Source: an uncultured Gemmataceae bacterium
GTDB taxonomy: Bacteria > Planctomycetota > Planctomycetia > Gemmatales > Gemmataceae
Reading direction: 5' to 3'
DNA: 64,000 bases
Assembly (NCBI GenBank): GCA_963750165.1
Contig: CAVVPN010000003.1
Span: forward strand, 3,136,001 to 3,200,000
Of the stretch, positions 18,160 to 27,085 are shown piece by piece (the first letter of the stretch is position 1; every line of letters begins with the position of its first letter). The translations under genes and the position numbers were made by a program. A model generated the notes under the pieces. It worked only from the letters and a program-made list of their open reading frames with translations. It was not told the origin of the DNA and did no database searches.

Positions 18160-19421
18160 TCAATCGTAAAGGTACACGTGAACCACTTCCCCCGGAGCAT
18201 ACCCCTCCGACTCCACCGGCACCAGCACGAAACCGTCCGCCCGCGTTGTGGACGACAGCAGCGACGCCCCACTGACGGCCAGCGGCTCCACCGCCTCCGC
18301 GGTGTTGACCTGCACCCGCACATAATCGACACGGCCCACCATCGACGCAATCTTGCGCCCAGCGGCAGGTCGCGGGACCGGTAGGGCAGTTCCGGCGTCC
18401 GCCCGCCGAGCCGCCGCACCGCCCGGCCGGCGAACAGGTCGTACGCACACAGGCACGACACCGGATTGCCCGGCAGCAGCAACACCGGTCGCCCCTGCAG
18501 GAAGCCCAGGCCCGTCGGACTCGCCGGCCGCAGCGCGACACCGTGGACCGCCAGTTCGCCCAGTTCCGCCAGCACGCGCGGCGCGTGGTCCTCCACGCCC
18601 ACCGAGGAGCCGCCCGAGAGCAGCACCACGTCCGCTGTCGCCGCCATCAGGGCCGCCCGCACCACCTCGGCCCGGTCGCGCAGCAGCTGCACCGGCTGCG
18701 GCACGCCGCCGTCGCGGCGCACCAGGGCGTCGAGCATGACCGAATTGCTATCGACGATGTGAAACCCCTGCGACCGGGAGCCGCACGGCAGCAGTTCGTC
18801 GCCGGTGACCAGCAGCGCCACCGTCGGCCGCCGCACCACCGACACCGGACTGGCCCCCAGCGACGCCAGCACGCCCACGTCCTGCGGCCGCAGCACCCGT
18901 CCGGCCCGCAGCACCACTGTGCCCGGCTCGATGTCCTCGCCGACCCGTCCCACATGACGACCCGGCGGCACCGGCTCGCGCACCGCCACGCGCCGACCGC
19001 CGTCCCGCTCCGCGCACGCCTCGGCCTGCACCACCGCGTCCGCCGCGGCCGGGACCGGTGCGCCGGTCATCACGCGCACCGCCTGCCCCGGGCCGACCGA
19101 CCCGCTGAAGGGCCGCGCCGGCAGCGCCTCGCCGATGACCTGGAACTCCAGCGGGTTATAGGCGTCAGCGCCAAACGTCTCCTCGCCGCGCAGGGCGTAG
19201 CCGTCCATGGCGGCGCGGGCGAACGCCGGCACCGCCACCGCCGCCGTCACAGCTGCCGCCAGCACGCGGCCCGCGGCACCCGGCAGCTCCACCGCCTCCG
19301 CGGCCAGTGACCGCAAACGCTGGTCAAGCAGCTGCACCACAGCTGCGACTTCAGTGCGCTGCTGGAAGCCGCGCATGCGCACGTCGGGCCGGCCGGCCGA
19401 TGGCTGCGCTGGTTGATCCAT
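18160..19421 (-). CDS. moeA: Molybdopterin molybdotransferase MoeA (about 420 aa; frameshift at ~18359)
   Basis: 'PAFARAAMDGYA', 'VMTGAPVP', 'TGDEL', 'DSNSVML', 'SGGSSVG.ED', 'LPGNPVSC'; C-terminus 'GRKIASMVGRVDYV...ADGFVLVP' is in the shifted frame. Confidence 0.92.
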
Positions 19422-19468
19422 GACGCCCCCTCGCCCCTCAAGGTCCGCGCGACTGTCGCTGCCGGCTC

Positions 19469-19497
19469 ATCTTACAGGTCGTGCAAAACTGCCTCAA
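19469..19497 (-). promoter_or_regulatory. Putative sigma70 promoter of moeA
   Basis: Minus strand TTGAGG-17 nt-TAAGAT. Confidence 0.4.
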
Positions 19498-19562
19498 GCT
19501 GCCCGTCCGCTACAACCGAGCGCCGGCCGTGGTTTTGACGCTCCGAACGGCCCTGGGTGGCG

Positions 19563-19591
19563 TTGATTCGCGCGCCGCGCCGCCCTAACGT
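19563..19591 (+). promoter_or_regulatory. Putative sigma70 promoter of the small lipoprotein gene
   Basis: TTGATT-17 nt-TAACGT. Confidence 0.35.
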
Positions 19592-19733
19592 GTAGTAAGT
19601 TTGCGGTGCCAGGGCGTTGCTGGCCAACCGCGGCGGCGCCGCCACCCTGCCCGGCCGGCGCCTCGAGTATCAACTCCGGGCGGATCGGCGGCCGCCCAAC
19701 CGGCGCCGGTCGCCGTGAGAGAGGAGTGTCCCC

Positions 19734-19963
19734 ATGAGAATCCACCTTCTGCTGGCGGGGCTGGCCCTGGCGATCCCCCTGCTGGCAACGGGCTGCGGCA
19801 CCACTTGCGGTCATTGCGGCGCCCGTCCCGCGGTGTCCAATGCGGTGCCGATTGTCCCAGCCCCGGCCCCGTGCTGTGGAGGAGCCCCCGGCCCGCTCGC
19901 CCCCGCGCCGCTCAGCCGTCCTACAGCATCCCCGTGTACCCGAGCAACGGCTATCGGCCGTGA
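19734..19963 (+). CDS. Small Cys/Pro-rich lipoprotein (about 76 aa if a 1-nt deletion near 19908 is repaired; otherwise runs to 20042)
   Basis: GAGGAG RBS; signal peptide with lipobox LATGC; CGTTCGHCG..PCCG; alternate-frame tail AQPSYSIPVYPSNGYRP* ends just before a hairpin. Confidence 0.65.
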
Positions 19964-19981
19964 CCGGATGATAACCCCCTG

Positions 19982-20020
19982 GCCCCGGCGGGCGGCAGGC
20001 GCTGCCCGCCGGGGCTTCTC
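19982..20020 (+). terminator. GC hairpin, putative terminator
   Basis: GCCCCGGCGGGCGGC-AGGC-GCTGCCCGCCGGGGC followed by TTCTC. Confidence 0.45.
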
Positions 20021-20038
20021 CCCAACTGGAACTCGTGC

Positions 20039-20458
20039 ATGAAGCCCTTTTTCCGTCTCGCCCTTCCCTGCCTGAGCCTGGCCCTGCTGCTGCCGGTCGC
20101 CTCGGCCCGTGCCGACGTGATCCGCTATCGCTATGTCCCCGGGGACGACAAGGGCAACACCGTGCTGGCGCCCATCGGCCCCGGCGGCGCGGTCGGCCTG
20201 CGCACCTCCTATTTCGGTGGCAGCCCGCAGCCCTGCCCCAATGCCAAGCGGCCCACTTGCATGGTGACGGTCGTCCACCCCTGCACCGGTCGCACGCTGA
20301 TCGTGCCGCTGACGCTGCCCGAGGACACGCCGCGCATGCAGCACCGGGGCACTACGATCATCTACAACTACGGCTCCTACGCGGTGCTGATCGTCTTCTT
20401 GCAGGACGGGTCCGTGGAAGTGCTCTACAACAGTGGGACGTTCCGCCCGGTGTGGTGA
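20039..20458 (+). CDS. Secreted hypothetical protein
   Basis: Signal peptide ending ARA/D; GC3-biased codons; 'HPCTGR..VPL.LPEDTP...YNYGSY.V.I.F..DGSV.V.YN'. Confidence 0.8.
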   Translation: MKPFFRLALPCLSLALLLPVASARADVIRYRYVPGDDKGNTVLAPIGPGGAVGLRTSYFGGSPQPCPNAKRPTCMVTVVHPCTGRTLIVPLTLPEDTPRMQHRGTTIIYNYGSYAVLIVFLQDGSVEVLYNSGTFRPVW

Positions 20459-20496
20459 ACTGGCCTCATACGGAATCGCCATGAATTTCGCGGTTG

Positions 20497-20547
20497 GTCC
20501 GAGCCCGAGCGCCAGCGCGGGGCCAGCGCTGGCGCTCGGGCTCGGAC
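20497..20547. repeat. REP-like perfect inverted repeat between convergent genes
   Basis: GTCCGAGCCCGAGCGCCAGCGC-GGGGCCA-GCGCTGGCGCTCGGGCTCGGAC, 22-bp stem. Confidence 0.8.
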
Positions 20548-20576
20548 TCGAAACAAGGATTATGAACCAGGACTGG

Positions 20577-21262
20577 TCACAACCCTGTGCCCAAATCCCT
20601 GCATGAAGAAGCGTTGCGCGAGCTTGTCGATGTCTCCTCCCCGCCGCGCTCGTACACCGCCCGGTAGATCGGCCGCCCCTCCAGCTGATATTTGCGCTCG
20701 AAATTGGTGAGCGCTTCCGGTTCACCCTCCGCCGGTACCGGCAGCGGCACCGCCGTGAACGCCAGCTGTCCCGCCACCAACTTCTGCATGACGCCGAAAT
20801 ACTCCTCCACGTCCGTGGCGATGTGTAGATGCCCGCCGGGCCGCACCACGCGCGCCGCCTGCCCGGCAAACTCCGCCGTGAACACGCGCCGCTTCTTGTG
20901 CCGGTTCTTCCACCACGGGTCCGGGAAGTAGATGTGCAGCGCCGCAGCGCCGCCGTCGGCACCGCGTCGCGCAGGAACACGCGGGCGTCGCCGCACACCA
21001 GCTTGACGTTCGTGAGGTTGCGCCGGGCCAGGCGCGTGGCCGTGAAGAGTTGATACTTGCGTTCGATCTCGATGCCGAGGTACTGCACGTTTGGGTGGTG
21101 CTCGGCTGCGGTGATCAGGAACAGGCCCTTGCCGAAGCCGACCTCCAGCTCCACCGGCCGGCCGCCGCATAGCGCTGCCCAGTCGAACTGCCGTTCCGCG
21201 GCCGGCATTTCCAGCAACCACGGCTGCAACTGTTCCAGCGGCAAACGGGCCCCGCGGCGCAC
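20577..21262 (-). CDS. trmB: tRNA (guanine-N7)-methyltransferase TrmB (frameshift at ~20944)
   Basis: 'VELEVGFGKGLFL', 'YLGIEI', then in the shifted frame 'HIYFPDPWWKNRHKKRR', 'ATDVEEYF', 'TNFERKY..EGRPIY'. Confidence 0.92.
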
Positions 21263-21266
21263 GGCG

Positions 21267-21758
21267 TCAGCTCTCCTGCCGGGTCAGCGGCACGCCAATC
21301 ACGTCGGCGTGAAAGACCATCGTGCTGCCGACGAAACCCTGGACATTGCAGATCGTCTGCCGCCGGTTGATGCGCACGCCCTTGCCGATCAGCAGCAGCC
21401 GGTCGCCGATGCGCACCGGGGCGCGGAAACGCACATCCTCCAGGCCGCCGAAGCCGCAAAAGTCGCCGCCCATGATCTTGTTCAACGTGATGTAATAGCC
21501 GCACAGCTGCGCCGCCGCCTCGCACATCAGCACGCCCGGGAACAGCGGGTAGTCGGGCATGTGGCCGCGCACCCAGAACTCGTCGCCCTTGATGTCCTTG
21601 TAGCCGGCCACGAGATGGTTGACGGGGTCCATGAGAACCACCGCCGTCAACTGCTCCATCTCGAAGCGCTGCGGGTTGACCTGGCGAATCGCCTCCTGGT
21701 CGGCCAGGACGCGCGTCCAGTCAATGCCGGTGGGATCGACATGTAATTCGGGTGGCAT
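21267..21758 (-). CDS. fabZ: 3-hydroxyacyl-ACP dehydratase, FabZ/FabA family
   Basis: Hot-dog fold motif 'EFWVRGHMPDYPLFPGVLMCEAAAQ' and 'VRFRAPVRIGD'. Confidence 0.85.
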   Translation of the reverse strand: MPPELHVDPTGIDWTRVLADQEAIRQVNPQRFEMEQLTAVVLMDPVNHLVAGYKDIKGDEFWVRGHMPDYPLFPGVLMCEAAAQLCGYYITLNKIMGGDFCGFGGLEDVRFRAPVRIGDRLLLIGKGVRINRRQTICNVQGFVGSTMVFHADVIGVPLTRQES

Positions 21759-21766
21759 GATGGCTC

Positions 21767-22723
21767 CTACGGGCCGGGCACCACCTCGGTGATCTGGCCC
21801 AGTTCGGTCAGCAGCATGTCCGGCCGCGTCGCCGGGTCGCGCAGCTGCTCGGCGGTCGCTTGCAGCGAGCCGCGGTCGCCGGCGAACAGGGCGGTGCGCA
21901 ACCCCAGCCTGCGGGCTGGCCCCACGTCCTGCGCCAGGCGCGAACCGACGTGCAGCACCTGCCCCGGCTCGATGCCGCCCTGCGCCAGCGCCGTCAGCAG
22001 CTGGCGGTATAGCCGTTCGGAGGGTTTTTTGGCCCGCTCCTGAAACGACCAGACGCACAGCTCCTCATTAAAGAGTGTATCGACCCGCACGCCACTGTCC
22101 TGCCGGGTCAGGCAGCGCCGCAGTTGCACGGGGGAGAAACACTGGCCGTCCGCCAGGATGCCCAGGGTCACGCCGCGGTCGCGCAGCTCCCCCAGGGCCG
22201 CCGCGGCGCCGTCGTAGGCGGCGACGCCCTGCAAGCTGCTGTGGAAGAAATACGCGACCTTCCGGCTGTACTCGTTCAGCGAGCCGTAATAGCCGGCGTC
22301 GAATTGGTACTCCTTCTGGAGCAATTTTTTGAGGATGTTTTCCCAGACCCGCTCGGCGAGGAGTTCGGGGGTTTTCTCGCCGGGCGATGGCGCCAGGCGC
22401 TGCTCGTCCAGGGCCTTCTGGTACAGCTGGGCCAGGTACTCGGCGGGCTGGCCGGGCTTGCGCGACATCGAGCCCCACATCTTGAACTCTTGCACGGCGC
22501 GGTCGAGGGCCACGTCCATGAGCATTTTTTGCGGATGCGTGAACAGCAGTTCGCCACCGCTGATGTTGAGCAGGGTGCCGTACACGCTCCAGGTGACGAC
22601 GCGCACTTCCGGCAGCGGCATCAGATGCGGCCGGGCTTTGGGCCGCTCCACCGTGGGCGGCGCGGGCCAGGTCACATCGCGGCTGTCGAGGTGGGCGGCG
22701 TACTGTTCCAGTGTGAGGGCCAT
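21767..22723 (-). CDS. HAD-superfamily-like protein with non-canonical catalytic motifs
   Basis: Motif I 'VVTWSVYGTLL', 'KKPSERLY', motif IV 'LHVGSRLAQDVGPARRLGLRTALFAGD'. Confidence 0.8.
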   Translation of the reverse strand: MALTLEQYAAHLDSRDVTWPAPPTVERPKARPHLMPLPEVRVVTWSVYGTLLNISGGELLFTHPQKMLMDVALDRAVQEFKMWGSMSRKPGQPAEYLAQLYQKALDEQRLAPSPGEKTPELLAERVWENILKKLLQKEYQFDAGYYGSLNEYSRKVAYFFHSSLQGVAAYDGAAAALGELRDRGVTLGILADGQCFSPVQLRRCLTRQDSGVRVDTLFNEELCVWSFQERAKKPSERLYRQLLTALAQGGIEPGQVLHVGSRLAQDVGPARRLGLRTALFAGDRGSLQATAEQLRDPATRPDMLLTELGQITEVVPGP

Positions 22724-22770
22724 AGACGAACCTTCTGGGGGCACGCCGGCGCAGTGACCGGCCGCAGTTC

Positions 22771-22798
22771 AGGCTAACATAGAGGGCGGGGGTGTCAA
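22771..22798 (-). promoter_or_regulatory. Putative sigma70 promoter of the HAD-fabZ-trmB operon
   Basis: Minus strand TTGACA-16 nt-TAGCCT with a TGn extended -10. Confidence 0.55.
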
Positions 22799-22859
22799 GA
22801 GCGGGGCCGGCGGCCGCGGGGAACTTGCCGGGGCGAGCGCGGCCGCTAACAATAACCTC

Positions 22860-22915
22860 GTAGCGGAAGTCGCCAGACTTCCGAGCGCCAACGGAAGTCT
22901 GGCGACTTCCGCTAC
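22860..22915. repeat. GTAG-type REP doublet (REPIN-like)
   Basis: Perfect 24-bp inverted arms GTAGCGGAAGTCGCCAGACTTCCG / CGGAAGTCTGGCGACTTCCGCTAC with an 8-nt spacer; each arm holds its own hairpin. Confidence 0.9.
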
Positions 22916-22958
22916 CTCCAGCTCATCAACCCCTTTTTCGCCCCTGTGAGTCCGCTTC

Positions 22959-23882
22959 ATGTCCATCGAGCCCGCCGCCAGTAACGGCCAGCCGGAGCGC
23001 GGCCTACCGCCCGTCCGGCCGCCGTCGGGGCGCTTCATCGTGCAGCTGTTCGTGGTGCCCGGCCTGATCGTCGCCGTCGCGGTGCTGATCCTGTGGGGCT
23101 TCAGCTGGCTCGCCGGCGGCACCGCCAGCCGCGAAAAATTCCTGGAGGGCCTGCGGAACCCCAACGCCGATGTCCGCTGGCGCACCGCCCACGAACTCGC
23201 CCAGGTGCTGCTGCGCGACCGCAAGGAGCCCGAGCCCAAACTGGCCACCGATGTCGGTTTCGCGCTGGAGTTGACCGACCTGCTCGACTCCGCGCTGACG
23301 AACGAGGCCGACCTGCTGGAGCGCCTGAAGAAGCTGTCGAAGAACGAGGCGGACAACGCCGGCGCCATCGCCAAGGCGAAAAAGGAACTCAGCGAGGAGC
23401 GCAAGCTCAGCGACTTTTTGTGCCAGTGTCTGGCGAACTTCGACATTCCGGTCGGGGCGCCGGTGCTGTGTCGGGTGGCGGTCAGCGAGGAGGGCGGTGA
23501 CGCGAAGGACGTGGCGCTGCGGCGGCAGCAGGCGGTCTGGAGTCTGGCCAACCTGGGCGAGAACATCAAGGCGTTTCCCAAACTGTCCGCCGCCCAGCGC
23601 GAGCGGATTCTGGCCGACCTGGACCGTGAGGCGAAGGGCGCCGGCCGGCGGGCGGAGTGGGCCCGCGAAACCCTGGCGTTCCTGAACAAGCAGGGCACGC
23701 TGAACGTGGACCGGGCACTGGCCCAATGTGCCCGCTCGGACGACCAGAACCTACGAAAACTGGTGGCGCTGGCGCTGAACTTCTGGGACGGGCCAGAGGT
23801 GGAGCCGACGCTGCTGCTGCTGGCGCACGACCGCGGCCAGGGCGTGACCGTCACCGACGCCGAGGCGGAACCGAAGAGGTGA
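22959..23882 (+). CDS. Membrane-anchored HEAT-repeat-like protein
   Basis: 'LPPVRPPSGRFIVQLFVVPGLIV' TM start; HEAT-like 'NADVRWRTAHELA', 'LRRQQAVWSLANLG', 'NLRKLVALALNFW'. Confidence 0.75.
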   Translation: MSIEPAASNGQPERGLPPVRPPSGRFIVQLFVVPGLIVAVAVLILWGFSWLAGGTASREKFLEGLRNPNADVRWRTAHELAQVLLRDRKEPEPKLATDVGFALELTDLLDSALTNEADLLERLKKLSKNEADNAGAIAKAKKELSEERKLSDFLCQCLANFDIPVGAPVLCRVAVSEEGGDAKDVALRRQQAVWSLANLGENIKAFPKLSAAQRERILADLDREAKGAGRRAEWARETLAFLNKQGTLNVDRALAQCARSDDQNLRKLVALALNFWDGPEVEPTLLLLAHDRGQGVTVTDAEAEPKR

Positions 23883-23885
23883 ATC

Positions 23886-24395
23886 ATGTCGGATGGGAAT
23901 GCGGCGCTGCGGACGCGCGGCCTGCTGCTGTTCGGGCTGATCGCGGTGATCGCCGCGGTGGTGCTGCTGGTGCTGCTACGGCTGCCCAGCCAGGCGACGC
24001 CGCAGGCGCCGCCCGAGGGTGTTGCGCCGAGCGCCCCGGGCTGGGAAATCCGCTACCAGGCGACGGTCGCGCTGGCCCGCCGCGGCAGTGACAAGGTGCC
24101 GCTGGATACGCTGCGCGAAATGCTCGACGAACGCAAGCAGCTGCGGAACTGCGTCACGAAATTGCAGAGCGGTGAGGAAGTGTCCAACGAGGCGGCTGCC
24201 CGGACCAACGTCATCAGCGCTCTGAAGGCGATTGTGGAGTGGAACAAGACAGACGGCGCCGCCCGGGAGCGCAAGGAGCAGCCGGAAGAGGTCGAGAAGC
24301 TGTACGAGGCCATCGACAAGTTGCGGGAGTCGCCGAACGCGCCGCTGCGGGCGGAGGCCGAAAAGGCCCGCGAGGTGCTGGGGCGAAAAACCTAG
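23886..24395 (+). CDS. Membrane-anchored HEAT-like hypothetical protein
   Basis: GAGGT RBS; TM helix; 'EIRYQATVALARRGS'; co-oriented 3 nt after the previous gene. Confidence 0.75.
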   Translation: MSDGNAALRTRGLLLFGLIAVIAAVVLLVLLRLPSQATPQAPPEGVAPSAPGWEIRYQATVALARRGSDKVPLDTLREMLDERKQLRNCVTKLQSGEEVSNEAAARTNVISALKAIVEWNKTDGAARERKEQPEEVEKLYEAIDKLRESPNAPLRAEAEKAREVLGRKT

Positions 24396-24607
24396 CGCGG
24401 TTCACGCACGGTTTAGCGCACAAGTGGCGGCGGGCACGGGCTGACCTCCAGCGGCCTGCGCTGCCACAGCAAGGACGCCAAGAACGCCAAGAACGCCAAC
24501 TTTATCACACGTCGAGATTCGAGCCTGGGAGCGGCTCGCGCAGTTTGCAGGACGGTTCGGGAGCACTGGCCTGCCGTTCGTGGGCCACACCACTGCGAAC
24601 CGCGCTA
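24393..24607. mobile_element. Candidate MITE-like element: TA-flanked terminal inverted repeats, containing dispersed repeat copy 2 (24468-24519)
   Basis: Left end TAGCGCGGTTC (24393-24403), right end GAACCGCGCTA (24597-24607); fills almost the whole gap between convergent genes. Confidence 0.5.
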
Positions 24608-24612
24608 AAGCG

Positions 24613-25674
24613 TCAATTCTCCTTGACGATTTTCTTGATGAGCATGACTTCCCGGGCGTCGAAGGGCGTGCCGTCGGCCCGGAAAATGTCGTGAAACCAC
24701 ACCTTCGGCTCCGGCGAACCCGACTTCGAGCCCCACGGATAAATCGTGTTGGTTTTGCCGCTGACCAGGCCCCAGTTGATGGCGCCGACCTTCGCCGCCT
24801 TGAGGACCGGCAGGCAGTTCTCGAACTTGCTGTTCTGCGTGCGGGCCATGTACTCGGTGCAGATCAACGGCCTGCCGTACTTGCGCAGACCGTCGATCTT
24901 CGCCTTGAGCCTGGCGGGGTTGTCGTAACTGTGGAAGGTGATGACATCGGACGCCGCGAACTGTGCCGCGTTCAGCTTCGCGTTGTCGAACCAGACGCCG
25001 ACGCTGAGCGGCTGACTGGGGTTGACCGTCCGCGCCCAGCGGAAGACCGCGTGGAGCAGCGGCAACGATTTTTCGCCGAGTTTGGTGTTGCCCGGCTCGT
25101 TGTACAGGTCCCACAGCAGCACGCGCGGATCGTCCTTGAAGGCGGTCAGCACGCCCTTGACGTATTTCTCCAGGCGCGGCCACGTCTTGGGGTCAGTGAC
25201 GCACTTCGGGCCGGGGGACATGACCCAGCCGGAGTTGTGGACGCCGGGCTTCGGGGCCGGCTGCTTGCCGAGCTTGCACTCCTCGTTCCAGCAGTCGTCG
25301 AACAGCACGAACATCGTCCTGATCTTGTGCTTGTCGGCGATGGTTAAATATTCCTTGATGCGTTTGGCGAAGCCCTCCGCGTCCTGCTCCCAGAGCAGGT
25401 CGTGCAGGAAGACGCGCATGGTGTTGAAGCCGAGGTCCGCCGCCCAGCCCAGTTCGCGGTCGATGGTCTTCGGGTCGAAGGTGTCGGCCTGCCACATCTC
25501 CAGCTGGTTGATGGCGGTGCTCGGGATGAAGTTGCTGCCGACGATCCACGACTGCTTGTCGTACCACGCCTTGGCCTTTTCGGCGGGCCAACGTTCGCCG
25601 GCCTGGGCCAGCACCTGGGCCGGCAGCAGTAACAGCAGGGCGAGCGAGCAGGTCAGGGTGGAGAGACGGCGCAT
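24613..25674 (-). CDS. Secreted clan GH-A glycoside hydrolase (GH5-like)
   Basis: Signal peptide; 'GFNTMRVFLHD', acid/base 'WDLYNEP', 'ITFHSY', nucleophile 'ICTEYMAR'. Confidence 0.88.
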   Translation of the reverse strand: MRRLSTLTCSLALLLLLPAQVLAQAGERWPAEKAKAWYDKQSWIVGSNFIPSTAINQLEMWQADTFDPKTIDRELGWAADLGFNTMRVFLHDLLWEQDAEGFAKRIKEYLTIADKHKIRTMFVLFDDCWNEECKLGKQPAPKPGVHNSGWVMSPGPKCVTDPKTWPRLEKYVKGVLTAFKDDPRVLLWDLYNEPGNTKLGEKSLPLLHAVFRWARTVNPSQPLSVGVWFDNAKLNAAQFAASDVITFHSYDNPARLKAKIDGLRKYGRPLICTEYMARTQNSKFENCLPVLKAAKVGAINWGLVSGKTNTIYPWGSKSGSPEPKVWFHDIFRADGTPFDAREVMLIKKIVKEN

Positions 25675-25717
25675 GGGTGCGACTCCAGGATGGGGTGACG
25701 GTTGCTTCAACGGATGA

Positions 25718-25785
25718 GGCGAGCGGCGCGGCGTCAGCCCGCCGGTGCTTCCGAGTACCGGCGGGTTGACGCCGCGCCGCTCGCC
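25718..25785. repeat. Long REP-like inverted repeat (about 32-bp stem)
   Basis: GGCGAGCGGCGCGGCGTCAGCCCGCCGGTGCT-TCCG-AGTACCGGCGGGTTGACGCCGCGCCGCTCGCC. Confidence 0.85.
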
Positions 25786-25803
25786 CAGGACGAAATGCCG
25801 CCG

Positions 25804-27030
25804 CTATTTGCCCGCGGCCTTCGCCAGGAACCACGGCCGCGTGGTCGTGTCAGTCCTGAGAAACTCCAGCAGCAACCGGCCCGTCTTCTCCATGCCCGCC
25901 GGCGAATGATGTGTGCCGTCCTGCCCAAAGTCACTGGCGTCATGGCGGAAGCCGTCGGCGCGTTGCGTCGCGCCGTTGGCCCACAGGTACGGCCCCCAGC
26001 TCAGCCACGGTGCCTTGACCGCCCCCTTCGCCGGGTCGTAGTTCAGGGCCGGATCGCCCTTGATCTGCCGCTCGATCAGCCAGCGCACCGAGAAGCCGGA
26101 CTCATACGCATACGGCTCGGGGTTGAGCGGCGTCTTCGCGTAGCCGCCGTAGGTCCGGCTCGACAGGTACACCAGCTTGAGGTTGGGGAAACGGCCCGGT
26201 AGCAGCTGCACGATCCGCGTCAGCTCCGCCTCCAGCGTCTGGGCGTATTTCGGGAAGCCCGTGGTCGGCACGGCGTCGGCCTGCTTGATCCAGATCACCT
26301 GCACCTGCGCCCGCGTCACCCCGGCGGCCTTCAGCCGGTCGTCCACGGTCTTCCAGTACAGGGTGCCGCGTTTGCCGTCCTCAGGGTCCTGGATGGCCGC
26401 GGCGGTCATGCCGCCCTGCGCTCCGTTGACGAACACCAGTCGTGGATTCCGGTTCTTCTCGGACGGCAGCACTTTCTGAAAGCCCTGCGACAGCTGCGAC
26501 GTGTTGCTCATGCCGACCGACAGCAGCACGATCTTGCCGTTCGGAGCCGGCTTGCCGGCGGCGTCCAGCGGCTGTACCTGCCGGGCCAGGCGCCGGCCCG
26601 CCTCCTCGTGCGCCGCCGGTCGCTCATTCTTGCCGCCGGGGTACAGCCCACCCTCGTAGCCCTGGTACTTCTCGCGTCCCAGTTCGGTCAGCGGCTTCAG
26701 CTTCGACGTGTCCGCCGTGGGTTGGAAGGGGACATTCAGCTTCAAACCGACCAGCACGTCCGTGCCGCCCTGTTTCTCCGCCTTGAACATCACCTCGGAC
26801 CCGACCTTGAAACCGCGCAGACGCTCCTTGAGGGTCGCGCCCTGGCTGCCAAGCACCTTCGTCTGATCGTTCAGGATAAATTCCTGATCCTTGCCCGCGA
26901 CCGTCAGCGTCAGCGCCCGCCTGTCGAGGTCGATGCGCTTGACCGTGGCCTTACGGATGTCGCCGCCGCCGGCCAGCACCAGGCCGGCGACGAGCACGAG
27001 GCCGGCCAGCACCGTCAGCAACCGTGTCAT
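25804..27030 (-). CDS. Secreted protein: N-terminal small beta domain + SGNH-hydrolase-like domain
   Basis: AGGAG RBS, signal peptide; 'LLSVGMSNT', 'NGAQGG', 'DGTHHS' resemble SGNH blocks I, II and V. Confidence 0.65.
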   Translation of the reverse strand: MTRLLTVLAGLVLVAGLVLAGGGDIRKATVKRIDLDRRALTLTVAGKDQEFILNDQTKVLGSQGATLKERLRGFKVGSEVMFKAEKQGGTDVLVGLKLNVPFQPTADTSKLKPLTELGREKYQGYEGGLYPGGKNERPAAHEEAGRRLARQVQPLDAAGKPAPNGKIVLLSVGMSNTSQLSQGFQKVLPSEKNRNPRLVFVNGAQGGMTAAAIQDPEDGKRGTLYWKTVDDRLKAAGVTRAQVQVIWIKQADAVPTTGFPKYAQTLEAELTRIVQLLPGRFPNLKLVYLSSRTYGGYAKTPLNPEPYAYESGFSVRWLIERQIKGDPALNYDPAKGAVKAPWLSWGPYLWANGATQRADGFRHDASDFGQDGTHHSPAGMEKTGRLLLEFLRTDTTTRPWFLAKAAGK

Positions 27031-27085
27031 GGTGTCTCCTGAAATCGGCAAGTTGGAAACTTGCCGCCACGTCCGGTGACACAGC

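Noticed and set aside
17544..19421. Apparent MoeA-WD40 fusion in the ORF track
   Set aside because: Created by a 1-nt deletion at ~18359; the real MoeA C-terminus ends at 18160 in another frame and the WD40 gene has its own start at 18146.
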